A stretch of 64,000 bases of DNA from Takakia lepidozioides (taxonomy: Eukaryota > Plantae > Bryophyta): positions 40,486,001 to 40,550,000 of the forward strand of contig CM060733.1 in NCBI GenBank assembly GCA_030704615.1. The letters run 5' to 3'. The notes beneath the pieces are model-generated. The model was not told the DNA's origin. It worked only from the letters and a program-made list of their open reading frames with translations, and did no database searches. This document shows positions 25,779 through 37,651 of the stretch, in pieces (position 1 is the stretch's first letter; every line of letters starts with the position of its first letter). Both the position numbers and the translations under genes were made by a program.

Positions 25779-27586
25779 ACTGGTTCTCGCCCTTCCGGCT
25801 TCACATTATAACTGGTCACCTTGCTGTTCAGGTCTGTGTTTCCTGTCTCTTGGGCAATTCGATTGATTGCTTGATACAGCCTGTGCCTACAATAAGGTGC
25901 CACAGCTAATAGCTGTCCAATGGTAATTTCTGCTTTGGTCTGACATATTACTTCAGCCAAAGTCTCTTCATTACTTTGCATGTCTGCATCTTCTTTTTTC
26001 CTTTCTTCCTCACTCCCTTCTTTTTCTCCATCCGAATCAGAGGAATCTGCCACAGGAATATCAGTACTCTTTTGCATTTCCCTTATAGTATCTGCCACTT
26101 CCTTGTGCAGTTCCTTCTCATCTTTCCAAGTCTCTTCATCTTCAGGCATATCATTGCCACTTCCAGTCTCATCTTCTTCCTCTTCTACTGGAGATATTAG
26201 TTTGGCTTTACCTCTTGTTACTATCATTGTACTTACTTCTGGTACAACACATGGCCTAACCATGTGAGCTGCCACCACTGGGCCCTCATTCACAGGAGCT
26301 CTCATCTCATTCTGGTGTCTTATCCAGAATGAACATGCTACCTTGCGATGTCCTGGCTGATTACAATAGTAACATAGCTCTTCACCATTGGGTCCTCGCC
26401 CTTGGTCTGTTCTTGGATTATTTCTATAATCCTGATTCCCGGGCAGGTAATTCCCCCTTGGATTACCCTGATAGTTGCCTCTGGAATTTCCTTGGTAATT
26501 CCCTCTTGAATTACCTCTCCCTTCCATGCCATTGTTATAACCATCAGACCTACCATAGTGGTCCTGATCATTGTTTCTTCTTGGCTGGGGCTGCACCTGA
26601 TGCACCCTTACTTGCCTAGGTTCTCTTGCAGCTGTCCTTCTGTTGTAGTAACAATTCTCAGTAGAATGGTTATCCATTTTACAGATAGTACAGTGTTTCT
26701 CCTTCATGTGGCATTCTGTGGTGGTATGGCCTTCATTCTGGCACTTTGCACACCATACACCCTTCCTCCAATGTGTTGCAGCCTCTGTGGCATACTTCTT
26801 CAAGATTTCTTCCAATTTTTTTTCATAGTTATCCATCTTCAACTTCTCCTTTCTCTTACTCTTTCTTTTTAGTTCTTGCTCTTCTTCTTCATCTGACTCA
26901 TCCTCAGAGTCCTCATCTTCTTTTTTCTCTCTCCTGAGCATTCCCAATTGCTCAATTCTGTTCGCAGTTTCAAATGCCTCCTCCACTGTATTATGGGGTA
27001 ACATATCCACTTTCTTTTGCAACTCTGGTCTTAGTCCACTCACAAACCAAGTTTTCTGTAAACCGGGCGCTGGTACTGCAGCCAGCTTTTTCATCATCAA
27101 TTCCATCTTCTCCATATACTCTTCAACAGTTTCATGCTTCTTCTGCTTCAGCTGTTGTAAACTTCCATACACTTCATCCTCAGTTTTACTTGTCCTGAAC
27201 CTATTTCGAAATGTTGTATTCAAGCCATTCCAGGTTAGGAAATGATTATCAGGGAATCTTGCATACCATTCACTTGCTTTCTTGATAAGTGAACAAGGAA
27301 ACAGTCTCATCTTGGCATCATCGCCATTCTCATTGTTCACTATACACATGTGCTCAAATTGGCTAATGTGTACATCGGGATCCCCTTTTCCTGAATATAT
27401 TGGAAAGGGTGGTTTTGCCCGTGTTGGTTGTAACGCCATCTGTGGCCCTACCTTCTGCCCACTGACAGGTGCTGGCACCCTTGCTGGTGCTGGTCCTTCT
27501 GGACCTGTTGTTTTTGTGGTGGATCTTCCACCAAGTGGTGGCTCTTCCACCAAGTGGTGGCCCTTGAGCACTCCTTTGGTATTCAT
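25751..27586 (-). CDS. Gypsy gag (retrotrans_gag plus three CCHC knuckles)
   Basis: FPIYSGKGDPDVHISQF, LFPCSL...ASEWY; knuckles CAKCQNEGH, CTICKMDNH, CYYCNQPGH; GNYQGNSR repeats. Confidence 0.9.
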   Translation of the reverse strand: MNTKGVLKGHHLVEEPPLGGRSTTKTTGPEGPAPARVPAPVSGQKVGPQMALQPTRAKPPFPIYSGKGDPDVHISQFEHMCIVNNENGDDAKMRLFPCSLIKKASEWYARFPDNHFLTWNGLNTTFRNRFRTSKTEDEVYGSLQQLKQKKHETVEEYMEKMELMMKKLAAVPAPGLQKTWFVSGLRPELQKKVDMLPHNTVEEAFETANRIEQLGMLRREKKEDEDSEDESDEEEEQELKRKSKRKEKLKMDNYEKKLEEILKKYATEAATHWRKGVWCAKCQNEGHTTTECHMKEKHCTICKMDNHSTENCYYNRRTAAREPRQVRVHQVQPQPRRNNDQDHYGRSDGYNNGMEGRGNSRGNYQGNSRGNYQGNPRGNYLPGNQDYRNNPRTDQGRGPNGEELCYYCNQPGHRKVACSFWIRHQNEMRAPVNEGPVVAAHMVRPCVVPEVSTMIVTRGKAKLISPVEEEEDETGSGNDMPEDEETWKDEKELHKEVADTIREMQKSTDIPVADSSDSDGEKEGSEEERKKEDADMQSNEETLAEVICQTKAEITIGQLLAVAPYCRHRLYQAINRIAQETGNTDLNSKVTSYNVKPEGREPVWTLMILCQ

Positions 27587-28049
27587 GTTAACTATCTTAC
27601 CATTGATAATTAAGTATCAGTTTGCTTTATCAATCTATTGGATTCCATCAACTCATCCATTCATTCCACAGCTTCACTCAGATCTCTCTACACAGTGTGA
27701 TTGTATCGTAAAAGTATCCGATTATGATTTATCAGGTATTAGGCCGAAGCCATTGTGTCTCTAATCTCCTCTACAATATCATTACAGCCTTACATTTATC
27801 AAGCATCTACTCCTCATCTCTCTATCTTCACTTCCGTTCTTCATCTCTGCCCGATCCCCTCTCCTCTCTCACCAAGAAGTCCTCCTCCGAATGATGTCCC
27901 TCAATTCCCCGTTTCTCCCTTTATCTTCCTATCCGCGGTTCTAACCGTTTCCCTCACTAACCGTCGTCTGTGAACTAACATGTTCTCTTCGCAGGTGTTG
28001 TTCCCCACAGTCGTTCCCTGTCCTACTATTCGTTCCCTATGATCGTGAT

Positions 28050-28283
28050 AGCTGTGTCAAGCTGTGACTGGCTGTGTGAAACTGTGACGGGCTGTGACTG
28101 GCTGTGCGACTGTGTTTGGCTGTGTCGGGCTGTGACTGGCTGTGTGGCTGTGCCGGGCTGTGTCGGCTGTGTCGGCTGTGTCTGCTGTGACGACTGTGAC
28201 GGGTTGTGTTGGTTGTGTTGGCTGTGACGACTGTGACGGGCTGTGTTGGCTGTGTTGGCTGTGACGACTGTGACGGGCTGTGT
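28050..28283. repeat. CTGTG-core 9-10 bp tandem array in the Gypsy 5' leader
   Basis: gctgtgactg/ctgtgacggg/ctgtgttgg units. Confidence 0.9.
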
Positions 28284-28400
28284 AACCCTCCTTTGCAGTG
28301 CGCTGCTGTCACCCCTAAGGCTCCTGTTGGTCTCAGTCTGTGCAAAAATTAAGGGTACCCTACAGGTACGGCAAGTACAGAAAAGCGGAATTCTTGTCAC

Positions 28401-29507
28401 ATGTGTGATCCTAGTGGACTATCCAACAAGGAAAGTACACTAAAGAAGATAAAATCTAAAATCCAGTCACAGCGGATACAGCCAATAGAAAACCAAAGAA
28501 AGGATCAAGAAAATGGAGGGAAATTGAGCGCAAGAGGCGGCGTCGTTCTGAGTAACGGGCGTCTCGACAGGACAGACCATCAATGCTATACCTTGGAAAC
28601 TATGGAGGAACTAACAGACTATACGATCGCAATATTACTTACGCAGTGGCATAGACACGAAAAGACAGAGCAGAGCTTTTCTCTTGAGCGATGCTTGCAA
28701 GCCCCGCAGGCTTACAAGAAATTACCCATAGCTTTCTGCGGCAACCATACGTTTATGCTTTGTGCACTACAGGCATTCCTGCAGTTGTTACAGCCAAAAC
28801 AGTTCTGTGAGTCTAAAATGAAGAGAGTGAGAGGAATGGAGGAAATCAGGGTGAAGAGCACCACAATTCTGCAGAAACAAACGATTGCTACCCCACAGGC
28901 GATACAGATACTGGAGGAGCTGAGATTGCAAGGATTGCAAAGCCTAGATTGGACACTACACCATAGACAGTACATGTTACAATTTTTGCAGAACTTTGAG
29001 CCAAAGACAGGAACAACAACGGTGAAGGGAGTTGAATTAATGATTACTCCCCTATACCTCCAGCAATTGTTTCGATTGCCAGCAGGTCAGGTGCATGTGG
29101 AGGAACACAGGGCAAGACTGCAAATAGAGGACTTATTCCAAGAAGGGAGTTTCTTTAAAACTCAGGGTTATGCTTGTACCAAGGCTGTGTACCCAGGGTT
29201 AAAAGAGGTAGGCCAGGTATTGAACGTTCTGATTGCCATGAAACAGAACCAACAGTATTTGAGCAGATCCTTCACGGAGGAAATACTCAAAGGCCTGAAG
29301 GGACGAGAGGTACAATGGGCGGACATAATGTACAACGCACTGGTAGAGGAGATGAAAAGATTACAAGGTACTACCGCAAAGTCTCCTATAATAGTGTCTG
29401 GCCCAATCATTGCTCAAATAATCCTTGATTCTGGCATACTTAATGCGCAAGAAAGAAAGGAAATGGGAGTGTTTGAGCCAGCAACAACTGCAATGGAATC
29501 ATCTTAA
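28401..29507 (+). CDS. Retrotransposon accessory ORF (plant-transposon/Athila ORF-like), antisense to the Gypsy
   Basis: Uninterrupted 368-aa ORF. QFLQNF...VKGVELMIT...LFRLP.G...GREVQWA resembles Gypsy accessory proteins. Start may be the Met at ~28602. Confidence 0.55.
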   Translation: MCDPSGLSNKESTLKKIKSKIQSQRIQPIENQRKDQENGGKLSARGGVVLSNGRLDRTDHQCYTLETMEELTDYTIAILLTQWHRHEKTEQSFSLERCLQAPQAYKKLPIAFCGNHTFMLCALQAFLQLLQPKQFCESKMKRVRGMEEIRVKSTTILQKQTIATPQAIQILEELRLQGLQSLDWTLHHRQYMLQFLQNFEPKTGTTTVKGVELMITPLYLQQLFRLPAGQVHVEEHRARLQIEDLFQEGSFFKTQGYACTKAVYPGLKEVGQVLNVLIAMKQNQQYLSRSFTEEILKGLKGREVQWADIMYNALVEEMKRLQGTTAKSPIIVSGPIIAQIILDSGILNAQERKEMGVFEPATTAMESS

Positions 29508-29700
29508 AATTGATGTGAATTGTCATCATGACTAAATGGATTTAAAATTTAATTGTGATAAATTAATCATATTACTAAATTAAATTAAATTAAATCGTCT
29601 CTTTAATCTGCACCAATCATCAGCAACTCAATGGGAATGGGTGTTCCCACCTTAAGTGACTAATCTTGTTTAGACTTGAGCGGCACTTAAGAAGAGTGAA

Positions 29701-30855
29701 TCAGGGTTTGCATTGGTTCTTGGAAGTCGTTGGGAGTCGTTGGGATTCTTGGAAGTCTGTCGTAGACTTGTAATCTCCGGACGACTCTCCCATTTCCATA
29801 TTATTCTTTTCATTAGTTGCTGTCTCTTCTCTCTCCTCTGCTGCACGTGTTTCCAACTCACTCAGTCCCATTGTCTCTTCTGCTTCCCTTTCTAGCATAG
29901 ATCTTGTAAATACATGAGAAGAGAAGTACACGGCTACCTGTCCGAAGGAGCACTAAGCTGCGAGTCCCACCCGGTTACACAGTGGGAGGTGATGAAGCGG
30001 TGCTTGTGCAGCAGGTACACTCCTTCTCCCAAAAATGCCCACAGTTCCTCCTCACCCTTGAGCCAAAAAGCCATGCGCACGATGCTGCGTACCACTTTTT
30101 CCTTCACCAACAGCGTGTGGGCAGGATATGTCTGAGCTTCTTCAGCCTTGTAGAGACCTGCTGTTTCACGCCAAAAACACACCCCCGGAAAGATCAACAC
30201 ATCACTGGGACAAAAAAGAAATTCAGAGTCAGGGATACCCGTGATGAGCTCTTCCCAAAGTGGGATCTCGGGTAGGGGCTAGCGGAACTCGAGGCCTTAA
30301 ATTAGCAAGCATGATAGATGTTCCTCCTTTAACCAGTTCCCACAGTCGTAGAGGGCTCGGCTTGTCAGGAGGCAAGAAGCTCTCAAGCTCTACACCCAAT
30401 TCTTGACTCACATAGAATTGTGGAATACCCAAGACAGCCCAGTTAAGCTTCTCACCACTCTCCAACTGATCCTTGGCACTAGCAAGGGGGATTTGTAGAG
30501 TGACTTCCCTAGAATGAAATTTGAGGAGAAGGCGTGCAGCAAATGCTCCCTGAAGAAATTCGCGAATGCGCCGGCCCTGCTCCCTTTGATCCGCTTTGGT
30601 GCGTATGGGTTTATAAGCTTCCTTGCGAGCAGTTTTTTCAAAGGTTGTGGCCCAGAACTCCAAGGGCGTGTCCAGCGGGAGCTCGGGCCGCGGAATGGGT
30701 TCTCCCTCCGGGTAATCAACAAAAACCAACTGCTCAGGCAACAGGTTGCGCGCAAGCTCACAAATGTAGCGAGATTCCAACGCCAGAGTCTGCTTCAAGC
30801 GCGGGACCTCAAATTGATCAAGTTCAAACCAACCACGCTCAAAGCTGGAAGCCAT
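29701..30855 (-). pseudogene. Second accessory ORF, convergent with 28401-29507, frameshifted
   Basis: 208-aa ORF with GEKLNWA, continued by downstream ORFs ending in a coiled-coil-like E/K-rich tail. Confidence 0.4.
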
Positions 30856-33026
30856 AGTGCTTACTTGCTAAACTCTCAAAACACAGAAAAACTCGAGCAG
30901 ACAAACTTCATCTCTCCCTCTCTGCGCGCGAGACACAAGCCGCTATTTTGCCACCCCCTCTCCCTTCCATCATGCAGGATCTTCCGTACCCAATCTATTG
31001 TTCTCAGGTGCTTCGTACCAACTAAATCCTCTATCAACGACTTTAGTTACCCCGCATCTCCACCACGATTCCGACGCTATGGGTTTGTTCCCTTTCCTCT
31101 ACCAGACTTAACCTTATCTGGGGAACTTAACCTTATCCGGGGAATGTAGTCAATAGATGGGTCTGGCAGAGAAGACGGAATCTTACTTAAAGGACACCAC
31201 AGACTCATACCTCCAGAACACTTTCATCCAACCACTCAAGCACACCGTTACGTCCAACGTACGCTCGCGTAAGACCCAAAAAACCACCACCCTCACTGCC
31301 GTGTTTAAATAGTATTAGGTCATAATCTAATCCTAGTGTCACGTGGCACTTACATATAGGTCCACCAGATGCCCTTCTAGCACAGCCATAGAAAGAAGCC
31401 AGATCACCCAGTCCCATCCTAATCTGATCTAAACTAGCTGTTAGATTAAGACAGCCCCTAATAAAGCTATCAGCTGTTGCCAGCTCATCCTCATGCGCAA
31501 GGTGTAAGTTCATGCAGACTTCATCCTGGCTTCGTCCATCCCTTAAATCATCCGGAGTGCATCCCTCCTCCATTCATCCATGTCGAAAAGTAAGGTGAGA
31601 AGGAATCCCAGCTCCACATTGCGTGGCTCCAAAATTTGGAAAACAAAAACAAAATATAAATATTTTAATGCGGAAGAGAAATTGCTACATCAACAACTAC
31701 AATTTTTCTCTTACTTTTCCGCTGGACTATCTAGTTTTCTTCAGCATTATAATGAAAATATGATTATACATGAAACTCCCCGAGAACATAAAAGCTGACC
31801 TTCAAGTCAACTCATGAAAAATGTACCGACACATCGAAAATATACGTTCGCTTAGTCTCTCCGAACTCACTCCGAGCTCATCCTATCTACTCTTAGAAGA
31901 TTTTGTCCCACATTCTTATCTTCACAAAAAACTGTACAGACTCTAAAAAACTAACTGATGGCTCTATGAGAGCCAAGAGACAGAGAGCAGCAGACTGGTC
32001 AGACACAAACCTCAAGTAGTGTCAAACTTTCAGTAAAAGTGCAGCGAAGAGACTCTTGCAAATACTGCCATCCATCCATACAAGCTTTCCAGCATCAGCA
32101 CATCTTGACACACCAAGACTCTCAATGGAAATTGTGAGGAACTTGAAGCCTCAAGGCTCAAAACTTGGGAATACTAAAAGGCTGCATTTCCTGATATTGC
32201 AAGCACATGGGTCATCGGTATCTGGGATCCTCAGGGGAAGTGGCAAAGTATACCTGAAGAGACTCAAATGGATACCGTGCAAATATTGCCTGCAACTGCT
32301 TGGCACATTTCGCATTAACCCCATCAAATATGTCCGGATCCCTCACATCAACTTGGCCCTTGGTTAATAGGATTGCTCTCACTTTGTTGACACTTACCCT
32401 GTTACAGCTCCAGTCCTTCTCCAGGTCTAGATGTCATACTTAGCTCCCCAACATGTCGTTGTCAATCTCACAAATTGCCAATTGCATTGGTAGCAGATCT
32501 CAAGTCAGTGCCACTAAATTGGGAGATGGAACCTGCCTGAGGAAACCAGAGGGATGGGTTCCTGGACATTTCTGCTGTATTGAGTTTATGTACCGATCCT
32601 AAGGTTCCCATAGATGAGGCCCCTTCCAACCCAGTTACTAGATCCACAAACATGACCACCATGGCAGTAGTGCCCACTCTCCCTCTCAGCAACAAACAAA
32701 CTCATTAGCCTCTTTATTGCCCAGCACACCTTATTCCTTTCTGCCTTATCTCGCCAGAAAAGCTAGATTAAGGGTGAGCAATTGCTTTGTTTCTTAACTT
32801 TCAAGTATGACTTTGACAAATGCATTCACATGAATCTGGCAGCCACCTCTTCACCTGATGCTCGCCCAATCCACCATGTTCCTGATGTAATAACTTCATT
32901 ACTCAAAAGCAACATGGACAGTTGATATCCATCCATCGTTTCACTAATTGGTGACATAACTGTCATAAAGCAGACCACCTCAGTCACAGAGAATCTTCCT
33001 GAAACCTCTTAAATCACACCTATCAA

Positions 33027-36000
33027 TTAACCCTGATTGTCATCGCCTATCTTTTTCAACCCACTCATATTTGTAGTCTCAACCCTGCACAGCCAAAACC
33101 ACTGCACACTGTTACTGATTGCTACAATAAGCAGCCCACAGATGTAGCAAATCCCAGATTCTTTGCTACCACCTTCACACCCTCATTAACAAATACTCTG
33201 GCAAAAGAATCGTTTGGAGGTCGCACATGTTTTGACTGTCTGAATCCATACAAGCAGATTCTAGAGAACAGACTTGCACAAGTGCTCCACTACAAGCAGC
33301 AAATCTAGTCCACAGAGTCCTCGGAAAACAGTCCTACGACTATCCCTCATCCAGATCCAAACTGCCTACAGAAAAGCTAGTGACCATGCCATACAGACTT
33401 ATAGTCTGAAATAAACCACATGCCGTTACTTCAAAGGCCCAAATTAACAATAACACCCCACAGCACCCCGCAGCCAGGCTGATGGGAGTGCAAAAGAACA
33501 GCTACAGATGAGAGGCTCCAAATGTCGCGTACTATACACATTCTTCAAATGTGCGAGAGCTTGACATTTGCACTTGAATGCAATGCTGTTCATTGAAGCT
33601 CTTTGTGGAATACAGGATGTAAATTTGCCAACCATCCTACTCACAAGAAGACAGACTGACACTGGCCCACAAGTGAATAAAATTGCAACATCATGGAGCC
33701 CCACAAAGGGACAAAGGGAATTCGCACTTACGTGCTCCCAATAATGGCTAACTTTTGGAGTAGGGTAATATCATTGCCTCCTTGATTGTCTTCAACAAAC
33801 ACAGTGAGACTGCTCAATGGTCCTCATAGTCCACCCAACATGTGCCCCCACAGAATGGCAGTACCAAACCAACCAGGAAAAGAAACCAATCAAATGAGCT
33901 CTGTATCGTTATGGCAGATCATCCTCACCATAATACATAGCAGCCAAAAGTTTTTCAGCTAGAAACCCCAAATTCTGCCTATGTCAACAACCCTATTGTA
34001 CACAGTCCACAAGGCTACGGCAGACAAAGTCTTACAAGTACATCCTGTTGTACACGAGTACATCCTGTTGTACACAGTGATAGAGGTTAACACACAAAAC
34101 TCCCACATTCTGGTGATACAACAAGATGTCTGCACCATTACATTCAGGCTAGTACAAGGCATGCCTCAGTGTAGAAACATGTTTACCTGCGTACATTCTG
34201 GAACTTGACGTACTTGAGTGGCACAGGCTTTCCCTGCAAAACCATTTAGAGAAGGCAAAACATGAACGGCACATTCCTTTAGCAAACTGGAAGCAAATAC
34301 AAAGCTGTCACAGTACATTCAGGATAAGCTATGCAGAATAAAAGCCGATATACCCTTGGCTCTTTACACAGCAAGGCAAACATGCTTGAACCAACCAGGG
34401 AGAACCACCAAGACACCTACCTCAAGCTGTTCCAGGGACACTGAAACTGAATCACTGACGGGAAAATCAGCGACATTGCTGCAACCAAATCAATCATATT
34501 CCCTTTAATTACGACACAAATGGATCTGGTTGAGCTTTGAAATTGTTGTGGAAATCAGAAAGCCTGTCTTTAATTTGCACCCCGACATCAATAACCTGTC
34601 ATTTGCCTCGTATCCTGGCACATTGGATGGTTTGCTAGAGACACTTCTGCAAGGTGATGAAGATTTCCTCTCTGTATTGCAAACTTGGATACAATTGCCC
34701 TAAGTTCAGGACCCCTCTTCTGGATAGTGGAAAAGCAACATCTGAGTTCTAGTAATGGGCACAGTATACGGCAGCAATTGAGCGAACCTACAATGGACAC
34801 AAGAGACAAAAGCACAGATCACATGCGTCCACACACTAACTCAAGCACACATCAAAAACATCCAGATAGAAAAAAACCTACCTGAAACCCATATTTTGTC
34901 GGTTTACAAATAACTTCAATGTCCTTGGCCCTGCAATCAACAAATAACCCTCATACTTGAGCCTTTAGCATACACAATGCTGAGGACTGTGTGTTTGTCC
35001 AAATTCTCAAATGTAACAACCCCCCAGAGTATGCCACTTCTTTAGATCAATGTGTGATATCATCACCGCAAGGTAGACACTCCTTTGCAAGACCACATCT
35101 TTCACAAGGTTTTACAGGTTATCTTAGACTAATCTGTGCATTCTGTGCCGGTAGCGACTTGCAATGACTCGACATTCATAAAACAGTTCATGAGTGCAAC
35201 AGCCACAACAGGATTCATGAGCAAACTCTCATACTCAGAGGTAGTTTGTCATATTTCCTTCACACTTATCCAACCTAAACAGAAGGAGTACAATGGCAAG
35301 GCTTCCAAGTTCATGGGAAGTACTCTGTAACCCTAGCATCAGAACCATATTGACTATCGTAGTCTTCAATGGCTGTCTATATCCTTGTTTTTGACAACTA
35401 GACAGCCTGCAATGCTTTTTCTAAGCTATCAATTGACATTCTCACTGGTAAAGTGACTTGGACAAGGTGGTTCCTAACCACTTTTTCCTTTGCAAAGAAG
35501 CAACTGCACAATGCAGGCCACCGTGATAACCAAGAGGTCAAGAGAGAAAGAGGGCCAGGGATTAATGTTTTCTTTGCCGAAGGTAGCTATCAATGAGTAC
35601 CATTTATGATACACAATGGCAACTCTGCCAGTAGTCATCTCAACTCTACAAAGTCAATTGCCCTGAATGACCACCAGAACTTCAGGCCTGTGCCTTCACA
35701 AGTCCGGACAAGAGGATGAACTCAGCACAGACATCACCACCATCTGTAGAGACAGAGGCCAGGGATGGATGTCTTGTTTGCTATTGGTGAGTATCATTTA
35801 CAGTACAACACTTCGAACAGAACTCTGCCAAACATCATCTCAAGGGTACAAAATCACTGGGTGACCACCAGAACTGAGGGACTTGGCCTTCACCACCAAG
35901 GACAAGAGGATGCACTCTACTTCGAGTACTCACCTGCATCTGGAGGACCTTTGACAATCAAAGAGTGGAGCTTGACCACTTGATTGAAGGGCATGTAAAG

Positions 36001-37188
36001 CAACAACTGCTCATCCGCATCACTCTCCAGATGCAACCCGTTGTCTTCCCTGTACCCCTGCGAAAGATTTCAACAGGCCTCTGAGAGTTTTTGGTTTCCA
36101 CTATTTGGCAGTGATATACCAGCATAATAAGAAGGGCACGAAGAGCCGGAAAGGAAATTCAAAGAAATGCATCATAATTCAAGTAGTTAGCACACTTGCA
36201 TAGGTGGAGGAAGTATAGTGAAAGAGATTAACCTGCTTCAGGGCATTAACAAAGGTGTGATTGGATTTCTCGTTTAAGCACTCCACAGATGACCAGTCAA
36301 TGCATTCCACCAGATCCACCTTTTCATCCCCTTCCCCAACTTCATAAGCCTTCTTGCATCTACTTCACCTCCTATTTGACCAGAGATCTAGGTCGAACAT
36401 TTTGCGGCTGGCAAAGAAACATGAAATATTGCATTATAAATCTGTATATGTCAGAGACTGGAAGACTTGCAAACAACTTCAGATATGTATTGCAGCTCTC
36501 AGGAACTCGGTGTCCCAGTCTACAAAGCCTGAGAATGTCTTTACCCTGAGCATGAAAAATTTCAGATTCAAAGGAGAGAATGTACTCATAAGAGGTTGTG
36601 GTTGAGTGTATGTGCCTTGCCTGTGCACAACCTAGGTGATCTAGGGTTCAAAGTGTCCACCTTTCAACGACAGGTGTAGTCTTGGGGATGAAGAGACAGT
36701 ATAATTTATGCTTCCAACCGTGAGGAATACCCTCTTTCCTTCTGTGATTAAGTATGGAGATAGTTCCATACTTACAATTGAAGGTAGGCAAGAAAGAAGT
36801 ACTGAGAAGATCTGCTCTAGAGGGATTTTCAGAAGAAAAAACCAGAAACAAATAGCAAAAAAAAGAAAAACAGAGACAAGAAAATTGAAAAATGAAGAAC
36901 AAGAAGCAAAGACACACAAACCAACAACGAACACGGATTCACCTTGAACCCATAAACTGAGAATTGCAGTATAGACTTGCAGTGGTGACTATCTCTCACG
37001 AATCCATGGACCAAGTAGAAAAACAACATATATGGTAGTGACAAGCCCACTTGACAGTCAATCAAAAGCCAATTACACTCATCAGCCCCTCAGTTTGCAA
37101 GGGATAGTGGTAAAGTGACAAGGTAAGCTGACAGAGAGTGCACCTGGCCTCGCACTGTAGCCACTCCAGCTGCTGCTGCCGCCTCCAT
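33027..37188 (-). CDS. PITH-domain protein (At3g04780-like), intact, 8 exons, 181 aa
   Basis: GT-AG exons 37188-37144, 36319-36233, 36057-35934, 34930-34882, 34478-34421, 34233-34187, 33809-33732 and 33084-33027 join in frame (546 nt): [32 protein letters not shown]...[33 protein letters not shown]...[22 protein letters not shown]...[18 protein letters not shown]. Confidence 0.95.
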
Positions 37189-37651
37189 ATCCACAACTAC
37201 GCAGTCTGGATACGCACAAGAGCAGAGCGCAGTAAAGATGGATGCCAGACACGTACGCAGGGGCAGTTGATGCACATCACTGCACTACGCTGCGACGCAG
37301 AAAGCCTAAATCGCTGAATCCCCCACGCCCGCGATATTACAGTTTCTGTGCAGGAGATGTCGCCACGTGCCCAGAGTGAAGAGCCCAGATCTTCTGCCCT
37401 TTTTTTTCTTTGTCTTTTTCTTTTTTCCTGCAGGTGAGAAAATTGCGTAGCTAAACTGGTGGGCACATGAGGAGTGGAGTGTTTTTCTTTTTCATATTTC
37501 CTGAAATTTGTCTGCTGGTGCTTTTTGGCGAAAATCTCGAATTTTATCCCCCATAATTCCTCTATACAAGTAGCTGAAGTTCCCAGGTCAAAATCTGGCG
37601 ATCTTTCGTAATGAGGACAGAATTTCATGGGTTTTGGGGGAATAAGAGTTA

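Larger units (their letters stand above)
21340..28316 (-). mobile_element. Non-chromovirus (Athila-like) Ty3/Gypsy internal region; no paired LTRs found
   Basis: Order gag-PR-RT-RH-INT, with no chromodomain and no extra archaeal RNase H. Possible LTR end GGGGTGACA at 28307-28315 followed by a degenerate PBS-like tract. Confidence 0.88.

Noticed and set aside
25751-25810. Programmed -1 frameshift between gag and protease
   Set aside because: No slippery heptamer in the short overlap, and the element has other disabling mutations.
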